Shown: piece by piece, positions 44,505 through 53,789 of the stretch
Position numbering within the stretch: position 1 is the stretch's first letter
Layout of the letters: every line of letters starts with the position of its first letter
Program-made: the position numbers and the translations under genes
Sequence record: PV764601.1
Length of the DNA stretch: 64,000 nt
Strand: one strand, 5' to 3'
Notes under the pieces: generated by a model
Database searches by the model: none
The model's input: the letters and a program-made list of their open reading frames with translations, nothing else
Told to the model about the DNA's origin: nothing

Positions 44505-44767
44505 GGGGTGTTACCGAACCATACCTTTGATTTGTGGTACCGAGGTTCAACCTCTACGCCGTCCTTCATGCAGAAGGTGCGTGGTGGGTATCGCTGGAAC
44601 GTTAGGTGGCCACCACGTTCTTCACACCATTCCGTGTTGATTGCATCCTGCTTGCTGTCCAAGTTCTTCCCGATCACGTAGGTGCGGTTGACAAAGACTG
44701 CAAGCAGGAGAACACACGCGACGTACAGGGCACCGAACAGGAGCTTACGCTGCTGGCGTTTCATCAT
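44501..44767 (-). CDS. small membrane-anchored protein
   Basis: N-terminal hydrophobic helix. Confidence 0.6.
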   Translation of the reverse strand: MMKRQQRKLLFGALYVACVLLLAVFVNRTYVIGKNLDSKQDAINTEWCEERGGHLTFQRYPPRTFCMKDGVEVEPRYHKSKVWFGNTP

Positions 44768-44951
44768 CCATTTCCTTGAGGGTCCGGTTGATGTGGGCCT
44801 CCTGCTGTTCCTTGGTAGGGATCACAGTGAGGTGTCGGAGGTCAGGGCGTTGCATGAGCCCTTCCTCAACCGCGATGATGCGTCGGGCTTGCTCAAGATC
44901 GTTCGCGCCAGTCAGGAATACCAGTGGGTCCAGCTTATGGGTAAGAAGCAT
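44745..44951 (-). CDS. hypothetical protein
   Basis: TAATG coupling. Confidence 0.55.
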   Translation of the reverse strand: MLLTHKLDPLVFLTGANDLEQARRIIAVEEGLMQRPDLRHLTVIPTKEQQEAHINRTLKEMDDETPAA

Positions 44952-45373
44952 TAGCGTCCTCGTTGCAGAAGTCGAGCGTTACGGAGTGCCTGCAAATCAC
45001 GTGAGCCCACGTTGTAGCGACCCAGCTCTTTGAGGTCGATCCATTGTGCATCGTGATGCTTGGCAGGTTCAATGTTGTGGATGGGATACATTTCGTCTAC
45101 CTGTACCAGGTAGTACAGAATGAGTGTGTGCTTGGATGGCACACCCAGCTTGGGCGAGGCAAACCAACAGGGTTGCATATCCATGCTGATATAGCCCAGC
45201 GAAAGCAAGTCGATGCCCGTCTCTTCCTTGAGTTCACGAATCGCTGTCATGACAGGCAACTCGTTGTGGTCAGGCTTACCGCCCGGGATCACCCACTTGT
45301 TGTTATCGCGGCGATGGATCATCGCCACGTGCGTGTTGCGAAACATCAATATCGGACCAGCCACAAAGTCCAT
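44951..45373 (-). CDS. Nudix hydrolase
   Basis: PGGKPDHNELPVMTAIRELKEETGI Nudix box. Confidence 0.92.
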   Translation of the reverse strand: MDFVAGPILMFRNTHVAMIHRRDNNKWVIPGGKPDHNELPVMTAIRELKEETGIDLLSLGYISMDMQPCWFASPKLGVPSKHTLILYYLVQVDEMYPIHNIEPAKHHDAQWIDLKELGRYNVGSRDLQALRNARLLQRGR

Positions 45374-45642
45374 TAGGCGTTCACCTTCTCCAGCGCCTTG
45401 AGGGTAGCTACCGCGAACTCCTGAGCACTCTCCCGATTGCCCGCGTGGATATGAATGCTCACGCGTTGACCACCATAGGTGGCAGGCGTGGTGTCGTCGG
45501 GATGAATCAGGACAACGTTCTCTGGCGTAATCGCAGCGACATAGCCCGCATAGCGCGCCTCGTCAACCTGCTGTATTCTCATGCCTCGGGTGTGTGGCCC
45601 GAAGCTGACCATCTTGCTAACTGACTGCCATTTAAGCTTCAT
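45373..45642 (-). CDS. hypothetical protein
   Basis: Coupled ORF. Confidence 0.6.
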   Translation of the reverse strand: MKLKWQSVSKMVSFGPHTRGMRIQQVDEARYAGYVAAITPENVVLIHPDDTTPATYGGQRVSIHIHAGNRESAQEFAVATLKALEKVNA

Positions 45643-45955
45643 CGCTTTTCTCGTTAGGGTCAGGTTCCCACGGATACTGCCGCATGGACAAACGAATGCG
45701 CTTCACTTGACTATCATCAACCCGATTGGGTTCTCCCTTGCGGTCAACGTTGGCATACCAGCCCGAACCGTTGGGGCGATACTCAGTGAGGACACGACCG
45801 TCCTTGAGTTCAATGTCGTGCGCCATCTTGAGCCGATTCTTGTGGTTGCCTTCGTAGTCTATCCATTGCGTGATGTAGGGCAGGAAGTCCGGGTCACGAC
45901 TAACCAAGATGGCTTGGAATTGCTCGCGGCGTTCTGAGTATACACTTCTTGTCAT
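45632..45955 (-). CDS. hypothetical protein
   Basis: GGAG SD. Confidence 0.65.
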   Translation of the reverse strand: MTRSVYSERREQFQAILVSRDPDFLPYITQWIDYEGNHKNRLKMAHDIELKDGRVLTEYRPNGSGWYANVDRKGEPNRVDDSQVKRIRLSMRQYPWEPDPNEKSDEA

Positions 45956-45965
45956 GACAGCTCCG

Positions 45966-46919
45966 TTACTTGTTGACTTCGCGTGGACCTAGGAACGCAA
46001 CGCGGGCTCCATTGGAAATGATGACGCCTTCGGTGGTGGACGAAATCATGCACTGGCCTTGCGCTTCAAAGCGCCCGGTCCACACTGGATCGTTGTCTGC
46101 ATCCACACCCTCTCGCGTAGGGAAGTGATTCCAGTTTGGTTCCGGCTCCTGCATCAGCAGGATGACGCCGTTGTGACCATTATGCTCCTGCGCGCAAGTA
46201 ACCGTACCGAACAGGCGACGACCTTCGGAACCAAATATGGAGTCAAGGTCAACGCTGACTTCGGTGCCTTCGATCATGGTGGGCAGCCAGTCCTGCATGA
46301 CAAGCTTGATGTATTCCTCCAGCTTCTCCTGACTGTCGAACTCGAACCAGCTATCTTCGCCAATGGCACCAAGGTCGATAGCACGTTCGTGCACGATGTC
46401 CGAGAACATGCGGTCGAGGCCATCCTTGTGATCCCCATCAATGGGAGCACGTTCGGCACGGCGACTCTGCATCAGGGTCAGCAGATTGGCCTTGGCTTCG
46501 CTTTGATCGTCGGTGACCAGCTGCTCGCGCTTCAACGAATTAAGGTGTTCCGACAGGGCACGATGTTCGTCAGGCGTGGTGGGTTCCACGATCAGGCGTG
46601 GGATAGAACCTGCTGGCTTTGCGTAGGCACCCAGCTTGAACCGAAGGTCGGTAGGCAGACCCGGTAGTTGTGCAGGGTCCACGTGCTCCATGACTTCGTT
46701 CAAAGTGCGCAGGCGCGATGCTAGTGCAGCCAACAGGGCTCGACCCGTACCACCAATACCATGCGGCACCAACACGCCGTCAAGGTCCATTGCAATCAAG
46801 GATTCAACCGATGCGATCAGACGGGCATCGTCACCTTGGAAGGTGTCTTGCAGATGCGGCTGCAACTCTGCTTGCTTGCGTGCTCGGAATTCCTCAAACG
46901 TTTCTTTCTGTTCGGTCAC
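45966..46919 (-). CDS. hypothetical protein
   Basis: Probable GTG start after GAGGA. Confidence 0.7.
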   Translation of the reverse strand: MTEQKETFEEFRARKQAELQPHLQDTFQGDDARLIASVESLIAMDLDGVLVPHGIGGTGRALLAALASRLRTLNEVMEHVDPAQLPGLPTDLRFKLGAYAKPAGSIPRLIVEPTTPDEHRALSEHLNSLKREQLVTDDQSEAKANLLTLMQSRRAERAPIDGDHKDGLDRMFSDIVHERAIDLGAIGEDSWFEFDSQEKLEEYIKLVMQDWLPTMIEGTEVSVDLDSIFGSEGRRLFGTVTCAQEHNGHNGVILLMQEPEPNWNHFPTREGVDADNDPVWTGRFEAQGQCMISSTTEGVIISNGARVAFLGPREVNK

Positions 46920-47149
46920 GACTTCATCCTCTTCTTTTTGAGTTTCTCGACAAGCTCGCACAATGCAGTAGCTTGCTTCCTCTTGCCTTTGCTGAACTCC
47001 CAGCCTGCCAGCGCGAGGATACTTATCTCGGGAACCTCAGATGGTTCGGCACAGTAGCGCGCGATAGTCCGCTTCCCCAAGTCCAGTTCCTTTGCCCCTT
47101 GGATTAGCGTCAAGTTGTTCCGTGTGAGCCAATCCTTGAAGACGTTCAT
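46916..47149 (-). CDS. HTH DNA-binding protein
   Basis: WL..NNLTLIQGAKELDLGKRTIARY (Cro/Xre-like). Confidence 0.6.
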   Translation of the reverse strand: MNVFKDWLTRNNLTLIQGAKELDLGKRTIARYCAEPSEVPEISILALAGWEFSKGKRKQATALCELVEKLKKKRMKS

Positions 47150-47586
47150 GCACTACTATTCGCCAGTGAACTACGGAGGTGACGTTCGATGGATTCAAGT
47201 TCTTTCCGCGAACCGTCGGTGAGTGCTACGCCATCAAGGTACAGAACATGCGTTGAACACGCACACGTTTCCATGTGGCACGGATGCACATGCTCAAACT
47301 CTTTGATTTCTATGCGTTGCTGTGCGGCTGCAACTTTCATCAGCGCCCGAGTGGTCAGCTTCTTGGCAATCTCTATTGGATGATCGCGCAGGAAGTCAAT
47401 CTCGCTGTCCTGCAACTCACCATCGTCCCGATACAACAGTGGACTGCCTGCGTAGCTGGCCAGTAGCTCCCGAAGGATCATTTCCTGCTGAGTAGGATTA
47501 GGCTTGCAGCAAGGTGTATCGTGGTCTACCGTGGAATCCGGCACGTGACATTTGCATTTGCACTCGTATTGATAAGGCGTATACAT
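47146..47586 (-). CDS. hypothetical protein
   Basis: AAGGA SD; CKCKCH N-terminus. Confidence 0.65.
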   Translation of the reverse strand: MYTPYQYECKCKCHVPDSTVDHDTPCCKPNPTQQEMILRELLASYAGSPLLYRDDGELQDSEIDFLRDHPIEIAKKLTTRALMKVAAAQQRIEIKEFEHVHPCHMETCACSTHVLYLDGVALTDGSRKELESIERHLRSSLANSSA

Positions 47587-47595
47587 GTGCGTTCC

Positions 47596-48003
47596 TTAGC
47601 AGGATGGATACTCGGATTCCCACGCTCGGTTAGGGTGGCGAGCAAGGGGACGTGCTAGACGTTTTGCATGCGCCTCAATCTCCGCCTCAAACTCAGCAAT
47701 CCCGCTAATCAGCAGTGAGTGCAATTGTGGGTTGCGTTCCTGACACGCAGCCTGACACAACTCGGCCAGCGTATTGAAACCCTCGATGGGTTGCTTGAGG
47801 CCATACGACAGAACATGCGAGGTTGCGATTTGATGGTGTACCGAAGGGCAGTTGGCGAGGATGGCGTTAACCGTTTCGATTACGTCCATCTGTTTCATCG
47901 TCGGCAGGGTCTTGCCACTCTGCCACATGGCTATGGTTCGGGAGGTGACACCTGTAATGGCACGCACGTACTCAAGGTTAAGCCCAGGAATTTTAACGTC
48001 CAT
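47596..48003 (-). CDS. HTH-containing protein
   Basis: VRAITGVTSRTIAMWQSGKTLP (Xre-like HTH). Confidence 0.55.
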   Translation of the reverse strand: MDVKIPGLNLEYVRAITGVTSRTIAMWQSGKTLPTMKQMDVIETVNAILANCPSVHHQIATSHVLSYGLKQPIEGFNTLAELCQAACQERNPQLHSLLISGIAEFEAEIEAHAKRLARPLARHPNRAWESEYPSC

Positions 48004-48508
48004 CCTCAGCCTCCATTTCCTGTTTCAACAGGCGGTAGATATTGGCGTCGGGGTTAGCACGTACCAAGCGTGCGAGGTCTTCGTTGTAACAGCAGCGGTA
48101 CTTGGTGACTTCCTTGCCAAGCCATTCCGGCAAGGCAAACTCTTCGTCTTCGCTTTTGAGTTCAAGCTCGACCATGACAAAGCCTTGCAGGGGCCCGTGG
48201 AAAACGTCAACCTCAAAGGTGTGACCACCATAGGGGACAAGGTGACGGGTCTTGCTAACGATGAGGCTGCACATGTTCATCAGTGCGTCTGCGTCTTCGG
48301 CAGGGATTCGGTATTCAAATTCCTGCCGTGACACGCCTGCGTTTCTTGACTTGATGCACACCTGTGCACCCTTGTCTCCGTTACGCACCCGAACAGTCGC
48401 GTCGGCAGACATTGCCAAGTAGCCCTGCACGATAGAGTAGTGCATAGTGGATTGCTTCTCCCATTCCTGGGATTTCACAAACCACTTGCGTTCGATTTCA
48501 ACGGCCAT
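47993..48508 (-). CDS. CYTH-domain (class IV adenylate cyclase/triphosphatase-like) protein
   Basis: MAVEIERKW (ExExK), VRVR, RQEFEY, KTRH, FEVDVF, VELEL. Confidence 0.9.
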   Translation of the reverse strand: MAVEIERKWFVKSQEWEKQSTMHYSIVQGYLAMSADATVRVRNGDKGAQVCIKSRNAGVSRQEFEYRIPAEDADALMNMCSLIVSKTRHLVPYGGHTFEVDVFHGPLQGFVMVELELKSEDEEFALPEWLGKEVTKYRCCYNEDLARLVRANPDANIYRLLKQEMEAEDGR

Positions 48509-48529
48509 GAAGACTCCAATAATCGAGGG

Positions 48530-48559
48530 TGCCATTTTGGCACCGTTGCCATTTTGGCA
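48530..48559. promoter_or_regulatory. Tandem TGCCATTTTGGCA operator-like palindromes
   Basis: Copies at 48530-48542 and 48547-48559, upstream of the CYTH gene. Confidence 0.6.
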
Positions 48560-48569
48560 CCCTATGCAA

Positions 48570-49088
48570 TCAGGGCGTCTTGGCGGTAAGGTCGGTGGTG
48601 AAGATGACAGCGTAAGAGTCTGCCAGATCAACGGGATTCAGATCGCGTGGGGCAATCTTGCGGCGTGCGTTGCGTGGATAGTGAGGGTACTCCCACCAGC
48701 ATTCTGAGCGCAGCGCACGTGCTACGACAAATGTGCTCTCCGGGTGGAGCTTCTTGAGTGCCTTCGCCGACACCACTGCGAATCGCGCCAGTGAATACTC
48801 GACTGTCGGCGGAGTGAGGTTGCCCGGATCGCGGCGCAGAACAACGTAGCGGCCTTTGGATGGGTAGGTCAGAATCAGCCGTGTGTTGGCCGGCATCTTC
48901 TTTTCGCGTGTCAGGAACGGAGCGTCCGCCGGGTAGGTCTTGTGACCTCGCTTCTGATACCACTCACGCAGTTCTTGTGCACACACTTGAAACAGCTTGC
49001 TGCTCAAGGTCGGGCCAACATTGTTGAAGCCCATATCATCTTTCAGTTCTTCTACTGCGGGCAAGGTGCCCGTCATCGGATCGATCAT
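48570..49088 (-). CDS. hypothetical protein
   Basis: 172-aa ORF. Confidence 0.65.
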   Translation of the reverse strand: MIDPMTGTLPAVEELKDDMGFNNVGPTLSSKLFQVCAQELREWYQKRGHKTYPADAPFLTREKKMPANTRLILTYPSKGRYVVLRRDPGNLTPPTVEYSLARFAVVSAKALKKLHPESTFVVARALRSECWWEYPHYPRNARRKIAPRDLNPVDLADSYAVIFTTDLTAKTP

Positions 49089-49089
49089 T

Positions 49090-49659
49090 TCAATTCACCT
49101 GTGCCATAGAGAAGTTGGAACCACCTACGTAACGGCAGCCTACACCGTGCATAACCTCAAGCAGCGTAGGGCCACCGATGCGGCGCACCTTCGACCGTAT
49201 CCGATACGTCATGACGTGCACTAGACTAGAGCGCGTGCTCTTGGTGTAATTCCGCTCCTTACCATTGCGTGTGGGCAGCGACTCCAGCAAATTCAAGAGT
49301 TCGCCGTTACTCACTACCCGATTAGCTTCCATCAGGCAATGCAACAACACGCTCTCAGCGTGCGTAAGCTGAATCGGTACCTGCTGATCGCCCAAGGTTA
49401 CATAGAGGATGCGATCTAGGTTAAAGTCCGGAGGGAACAGGTAGCGATTGAGCGCCTGCATACGGACGCCTAGATGGTCTCGGTACTCATGTGCATTCAT
49501 CCACTGAGGTACGTCATCCATACCGATGACGATCGGGAAGCGCATCTTGTTTACTTCATCGACAGAGAACAGGGACCGATGGTTGGCCATCAAAGCTTCC
49601 TTGTCCTGCACGTAGTAGGTGACGACGAAAGGGTCGTATAGCCTGATCGGGGCAGTCAT
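49090..49659 (-). CDS. Orphan OmpR/PhoB-type winged-helix transcription regulator
   Basis: QLTHAESVLLHCLM...VVSNGELL...VHVMTYRIRSKV...LLEVMHGVGCRY matches Trans_reg_C; no clear receiver domain. Confidence 0.75.
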   Translation of the reverse strand: MTAPIRLYDPFVVTYYVQDKEALMANHRSLFSVDEVNKMRFPIVIGMDDVPQWMNAHEYRDHLGVRMQALNRYLFPPDFNLDRILYVTLGDQQVPIQLTHAESVLLHCLMEANRVVSNGELLNLLESLPTRNGKERNYTKSTRSSLVHVMTYRIRSKVRRIGGPTLLEVMHGVGCRYVGGSNFSMAQVN

Positions 49660-49686
49660 GACAGTCCTAGTGTGTTAGGTATCTGA

Positions 49687-49711
49687 TATTTACAGAGTTG
49701 CCAAAATGGCA
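49687..49711 (-). promoter_or_regulatory. TGTAAATA promoter with adjacent TGCCA-N3-TGGCA operator
   Basis: TATTTACA 49687-49694; TGCCAAAATGGCA 49699-49711. Confidence 0.65.
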
Positions 49712-49713
49712 CC

Positions 49714-50133
49714 CTATACCGTGATTTGATAAGTCCACTTGTGCAAGGTGGGCGGGGCCACAGTGGTGTTTCGTATCCGAGCTTCCATGACTACCTCGTC
49801 CAGTCCAGCGCCTCTTGAATTCTGTAGCACCCCGGTTCGCTTGAACCCCAAGCTGCTGTAGAATTTCAGCGCCACCTCGTTGTCGTGGTCTACCTTGAAG
49901 CTGATAGTCTTGTCAGGATCACGGAGGTAGGTTGCGATCCCCTCTAGCAGCATCCTACCCATCTTCATCCTACGGAACGGCTCATGCACCAGCACATTGA
50001 ACACCCACGCGCCACGGTCGTCTGCGTAAAAATTGGCACGGGCGATTTGCTGGGAGCCACCTTCACTGAGAAGTTGAATGAGGAGCCTTCCTTCTAGCTC
50101 GCGCTGGATTAGAAAGATGCCGGGCTTAGTCAT
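49714..50133 (-). CDS. GNAT acetyltransferase
   Basis: VLVHEPFRRMKMGRMLL (motif A) and NEVALKFYSSLGF (motif B). Confidence 0.88.
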   Translation of the reverse strand: MTKPGIFLIQRELEGRLLIQLLSEGGSQQIARANFYADDRGAWVFNVLVHEPFRRMKMGRMLLEGIATYLRDPDKTISFKVDHDNEVALKFYSSLGFKRTGVLQNSRGAGLDEVVMEARIRNTTVAPPTLHKWTYQITV

Positions 50134-50668
50134 AGAGGTAGTCCGAAGGGTCACGATCAAAGTAAGCAACAGCCACTCGCCCCATCATGCAGCCGTCGAG
50201 CACCACCGGGTAGCCTTGACCTTCTTCATACCTGCCCACAAAGCGGCGCATGTTGGATAGAACAGGGTACTCCTTTTCGATCCAATCATTGAGGGTCTTC
50301 TTTACGTCCTGCGGCATAACCGTTATAGGCTTGGCATGCACCAAGGACAATTCCGGGTCGATCCAGTTGATCTTGAATCCTTCCGTAGTCGGGTTGCCAG
50401 CACGCATCTTGAAACAGGTCAGGCATACCTCACCCGAGTCGATGTACTTGTTGCGCGCATCTACCCAATTGTGCAGACACTCCGCCTTGTACGTCATGGA
50501 GCGATGCCAATCACTAAGCGGGCGACTCCACACCCTACCGTTGTCACCTTCGTACACGACGGTCGGAGGGTACTTCGGATTCTCTGAATGCTGGTTAGCG
50601 ATCAGCAGGACAGTGTAGTCCCTCCCGTTTGTGTGGGTCCAAACTTCACGCGGCTGCGGCGGTCGCAT
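50126..50668 (-). CDS. hypothetical protein with DUF1653-like N-terminus
   Basis: WTHTNGRDYTV..VVYE..GRVWSRPLSDW. Confidence 0.6.
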   Translation of the reverse strand: MRPPQPREVWTHTNGRDYTVLLIANQHSENPKYPPTVVYEGDNGRVWSRPLSDWHRSMTYKAECLHNWVDARNKYIDSGEVCLTCFKMRAGNPTTEGFKINWIDPELSLVHAKPITVMPQDVKKTLNDWIEKEYPVLSNMRRFVGRYEEGQGYPVVLDGCMMGRVAVAYFDRDPSDYLYD

Positions 50669-50873
50669 ACGTCACTACCTCCCAAGTTCCAACGGCACGT
50701 TCGGCGATGAATTCAGCAATGCCCTGTGCATTGATTTCCGAAGCGAACTGAGTGGCCTTGGCCAGATCACCTTCGGACCACGCGGCACCGCCTCGATCAA
50801 TGGTGGTGAAATACAGCGACTTCGTTCCCAGCTTCTGTTGCACTACAAAGCTATCACTCATTTGAACGGCCAC
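50646..50873 (-). CDS. hypothetical protein
   Basis: Small ORF; start and end uncertain. Confidence 0.45.
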   Translation of the reverse strand: MAVQMSDSFVVQQKLGTKSLYFTTIDRGGAAWSEGDLAKATQFASEINAQGIAEFIAERAVGTWEVVTYATAAAA

Positions 50874-51103
50874 TCCGGGGAGATTGTGTTGGGGTCTACA
50901 CCGCCGTAGTGCACAGCACCACGCACGTAGTAGAGCATTTCAGTGAAGCCGACCTTGCCCTTGCATTCAGTGCACGTGTACTTCTCCAACGGCGAACGTT
51001 TCTCACGTTCGATCTTCGGCCACTTGTGGCCCTTGCACGCTTGCAGTCGGTCTAGGTTCTCACGCACTTCGCGCATGATTTCCTGTACGTCGATCTTGCT
51101 CAT
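50858..51103 (-). CDS. hypothetical protein (CxxC)
   Basis: GAGG SD; YTCTECKG. Confidence 0.6.
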   Translation of the reverse strand: MSKIDVQEIMREVRENLDRLQACKGHKWPKIEREKRSPLEKYTCTECKGKVGFTEMLYYVRGAVHYGGVDPNTISPEWPFK

Positions 51104-51519
51104 ACCGTGGCCTCGGAATGTAGGTAGTCGGCGATCTTGCCTGCCTTGAACACGCACACTTGTTTCTTAATCGGGAGATTCTTGCCCTTGTGCCTGCCTT
51201 GGCGAACAACCATCGGAACCATCGCAAGCGCAAAGGTGAAGTAGTCTTCTGCCACGATCAGATGGCCTGTCCCGGTTGCAGTACCGTCGCCATTGCTGAC
51301 CACGTTAATAGCGCGCAGGTAGGACTCTGCGTTGAGGTACTTGGAATGCTTCTCAATATCCTCGGGATCGTCGCTGGGGAAGATGCCACGCTTGCCGTTG
51401 AATTCCAGAATGTGAGTGAAGCTACCGTTCGCTTCCTTTACCAATCGCCACACAATCTGGCGACCGTTCATTGCTCGGTAGTCGTTGTAACTCAGTCCTA
51501 CGCCGTTTTCAATTCCCAT
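51100..51519 (-). CDS. hypothetical protein
   Basis: GAGG SD. Confidence 0.65.
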   Translation of the reverse strand: MGIENGVGLSYNDYRAMNGRQIVWRLVKEANGSFTHILEFNGKRGIFPSDDPEDIEKHSKYLNAESYLRAINVVSNGDGTATGTGHLIVAEDYFTFALAMVPMVVRQGRHKGKNLPIKKQVCVFKAGKIADYLHSEATV

Positions 51520-51835
51520 TGCGATCCCTCTTAGCTTGGAGCGTGATTGCATCGAGCAGTGCAAGATGCGCAGGCTTGTACCTTCCGTTGTATGTCCGAG
51601 GCGGTTGCCAGAAAATACACAGCAGGTAGTTGGACGCTTCGGCCATTGTAGTAGCATAGGCTTCCACAGGAGTCGCAGCGCTGAACACGAAAGAAGGGCA
51701 GTCCTTTGGGTGGTACCCGTTAGTTGGTTTCCATGTGGCCTTCCATTTGCCGTCCTCTTGGGAGAGGTGAATCTTGGTGAGCCACTTTGTACTGCTACTG
51801 ATTAGCATAGGTCCGCAGCCGCCTATATATTGCAT
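51509..51835 (-). CDS. hypothetical protein
   Basis: GAGG SD. Confidence 0.6.
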   Translation of the reverse strand: MQYIGGCGPMLISSSTKWLTKIHLSQEDGKWKATWKPTNGYHPKDCPSFVFSAATPVEAYATTMAEASNYLLCIFWQPPRTYNGRYKPAHLALLDAITLQAKRDRNGN

Positions 51836-51878
51836 GGTATGTCCCTCAATGGAATGGGGCCCGAAGGCCCCCTTTCGA

Positions 51879-52334
51879 TTACTTGCCTCCCCAAGAGTAG
51901 AAGCAAACCTCGCCATGCTGGATGGCAACTTGGGTCAGAATCTTGGTGACCTTGATTTCGCGTTCGTTCACGTCGATGCCGCCCGAAGCGTCGCGCGTCA
52001 GCTTGGCGTAGAAGCGGTCCATATAGGACCCGACGCCGTGGCCAACTTCCTCTTCCATAGCAGCGAAGCCAAGGTGCGTGGTGAACGCGAGCAGCGGAGA
52101 CACCGAGAGACGATTGCGCAGGCGCTCGGAAGCAATGCGACGGCCTTCCACCTTGTTGTAACGATCCCGGTGATCACACAGGGCCAGTGCTACGTTGGCG
52201 AACAGGTGGGAGACGCCGGTCGGGTCCTTGGTGGTCCACAGTTCGTAGGCCACAGTGATGCCGCCGAAGTGTTCACCCGTTTCTTGCAGGTACGGGATTA
52301 CCGGGGAGCGCAGGTGGATATAGCGAATGGTCAT
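51879..52334 (-). CDS. hypothetical protein
   Basis: GGITVAY..LCDHRDRYNKVEGRRIA, a phage-type motif. Confidence 0.7.
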   Translation of the reverse strand: MTIRYIHLRSPVIPYLQETGEHFGGITVAYELWTTKDPTGVSHLFANVALALCDHRDRYNKVEGRRIASERLRNRLSVSPLLAFTTHLGFAAMEEEVGHGVGSYMDRFYAKLTRDASGGIDVNEREIKVTKILTQVAIQHGEVCFYSWGGK

Positions 52335-52336
52335 AG

Positions 52337-52720
52337 TCAGTCTCGATCCGAAGTGTCGTCAGAAGAATTGAAGTTGAGGAGCAGGGGATTGGCGTAACGC
52401 ACTGGAGCGTAGCCAAGGTGGGTCGTCCACTTGCGCAGACGTGCGGGCTTGTTGTCAAGCACTTGGACAAGGCGCTGGCGATCTACCAACCCGGCAGCGA
52501 TTGCCTCGTCGATCAGCGTGAGGACGTCCGCAATTTCCTCAGTGAACTTTTCCTTGAACGTGAGTGCTTCACCAGTCGCAATGAATGGCAAACCGCAACG
52601 CTCGATCTTGCTGCATTCCTTCGCAAGCTCTACGCATTCTTCCGCGAGAATCTTTGAGGCTTCGGACTGCAACGGAGTAAGCGGATAAATCATTATGCCG
52701 CTATGGCCTAACTCTTTCAT
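52337..52720 (-). CDS. MazG-like nucleotide pyrophosphohydrolase
   Basis: ILAEECVELAKECSK..EEIADVL. Confidence 0.7.
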   Translation of the reverse strand: MKELGHSGIMIYPLTPLQSEASKILAEECVELAKECSKIERCGLPFIATGEALTFKEKFTEEIADVLTLIDEAIAAGLVDRQRLVQVLDNKPARLRKWTTHLGYAPVRYANPLLLNFNSSDDTSDRD

Positions 52721-52723
52721 GGT

Positions 52724-53002
52724 TTAGTCCCAATAGTCGTGATAGTTCTCGCTAGTGATTTGTGCTACTTGCTGATTGAGTTCCCGAATCTTGCGATCAC
52801 GTGCGCTGGCAGCCAACTCACGTTCGGATGCCTCCTTCAAGACAGTGTAGATGCTGTCAAGGGAAGTGGGCGTCGTCTCTTCGGTGTAACGCTTGCGGTA
52901 TTCAATCCAGTAGACGTGCAAGATTGCCTGCCACTTGATCTTGTCGTGGATGAAGTACCGCATCAACTGGACGAACAAGTAGCGTTTGATTTTCTCGAAC
53001 AT
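52724..53002 (-). CDS. hypothetical protein
   Basis: GAGGA SD. Confidence 0.6.
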   Translation of the reverse strand: MFEKIKRYLFVQLMRYFIHDKIKWQAILHVYWIEYRKRYTEETTPTSLDSIYTVLKEASERELAASARDRKIRELNQQVAQITSENYHDYWD

Positions 53003-53010
53003 GACGATCC

Positions 53011-53463
53011 TCAGCTAAACCAAAACACAAGTCGGTCGATACCCTTATCTGGCAGGGAACGAATCTCGGCCACGCGCTCCGGACCGAGGTATTCTTCAAG
53101 GGTCATCGTCTCGCCCTGACCCGGCTCGCACGTTAAAGTCCCTGAGCGTAGATGCGTGCCATCCCATCTACGGTTCTCAACCAACTGCTGATAGTCGATG
53201 GCAAGCAGTTCCTCCACGGTGACATAACTAGGGGAACTAGCGTCGTAGCAGTGATCGTATTCAACCTCGGCCTCCTTGGATACGTCGGCAGGTAGGCCAC
53301 GTCGTTCGGCAACCGAGGACACAGCTGCATAGTTGCGCACACCACCAAGCCATCCGAAGTATTCGTAGCACTGATAGTCCAGCAGCCACGGCAGGTGAAT
53401 CTCTACAACCTCCCAGCCCGAGTCAGTCTTTCGCTCGGCGCATCCACCAATGTAAGTTCCCAT
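53011..53463 (-). CDS. hypothetical protein
   Basis: YFGWLGGVRN..RRGLPAD motif. Confidence 0.65.
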   Translation of the reverse strand: MGTYIGGCAERKTDSGWEVVEIHLPWLLDYQCYEYFGWLGGVRNYAAVSSVAERRGLPADVSKEAEVEYDHCYDASSPSYVTVEELLAIDYQQLVENRRWDGTHLRSGTLTCEPGQGETMTLEEYLGPERVAEIRSLPDKGIDRLVFWFS

Positions 53464-53473
53464 ACGCGGCCCC

Positions 53474-53779
53474 TTAGATGAGTGGAGCCGGGATGGGCTG
53501 GCTGTTGATGCACTCGATTTTGAACGCACGCCAGTCGCGCTTGTCTTCCCCCGGAGGCTTGCCGTCGTACAGGTCTTTGGTTTCGTTTGAAGTCTCGGCA
53601 TTCAGCAGCTTGAGCAGCGCAGTGTCGGTACGAACCTTGATGAGGGTTAGTTCCATGTTCGGCTTGATCTGAATGGCCACGTCGCAGTTTTCAAGAATGC
53701 GCAGCGGCATCATTGTGTCTGTGAAGTGGAAGTAGCAGTTGCTGAAAGCAACGAGGTAACGGGCTTCCGGAAGCAGCAT
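53474..53779 (-). CDS. hypothetical protein
   Basis: AAGGA SD. Confidence 0.65.
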   Translation of the reverse strand: MLLPEARYLVAFSNCYFHFTDTMMPLRILENCDVAIQIKPNMELTLIKVRTDTALLKLLNAETSNETKDLYDGKPPGEDKRDWRAFKIECINSQPIPAPLI

Positions 53780-53789
53780 GGTTTGTCCT

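Noticed and set aside
51864-51879. GGGGCC-CGAA-GGCCCC hairpin as a terminator
   Set aside because: It has a UUCG loop on the - strand but no U-tract in the transcribed direction, so it is more likely a stabilising hairpin.
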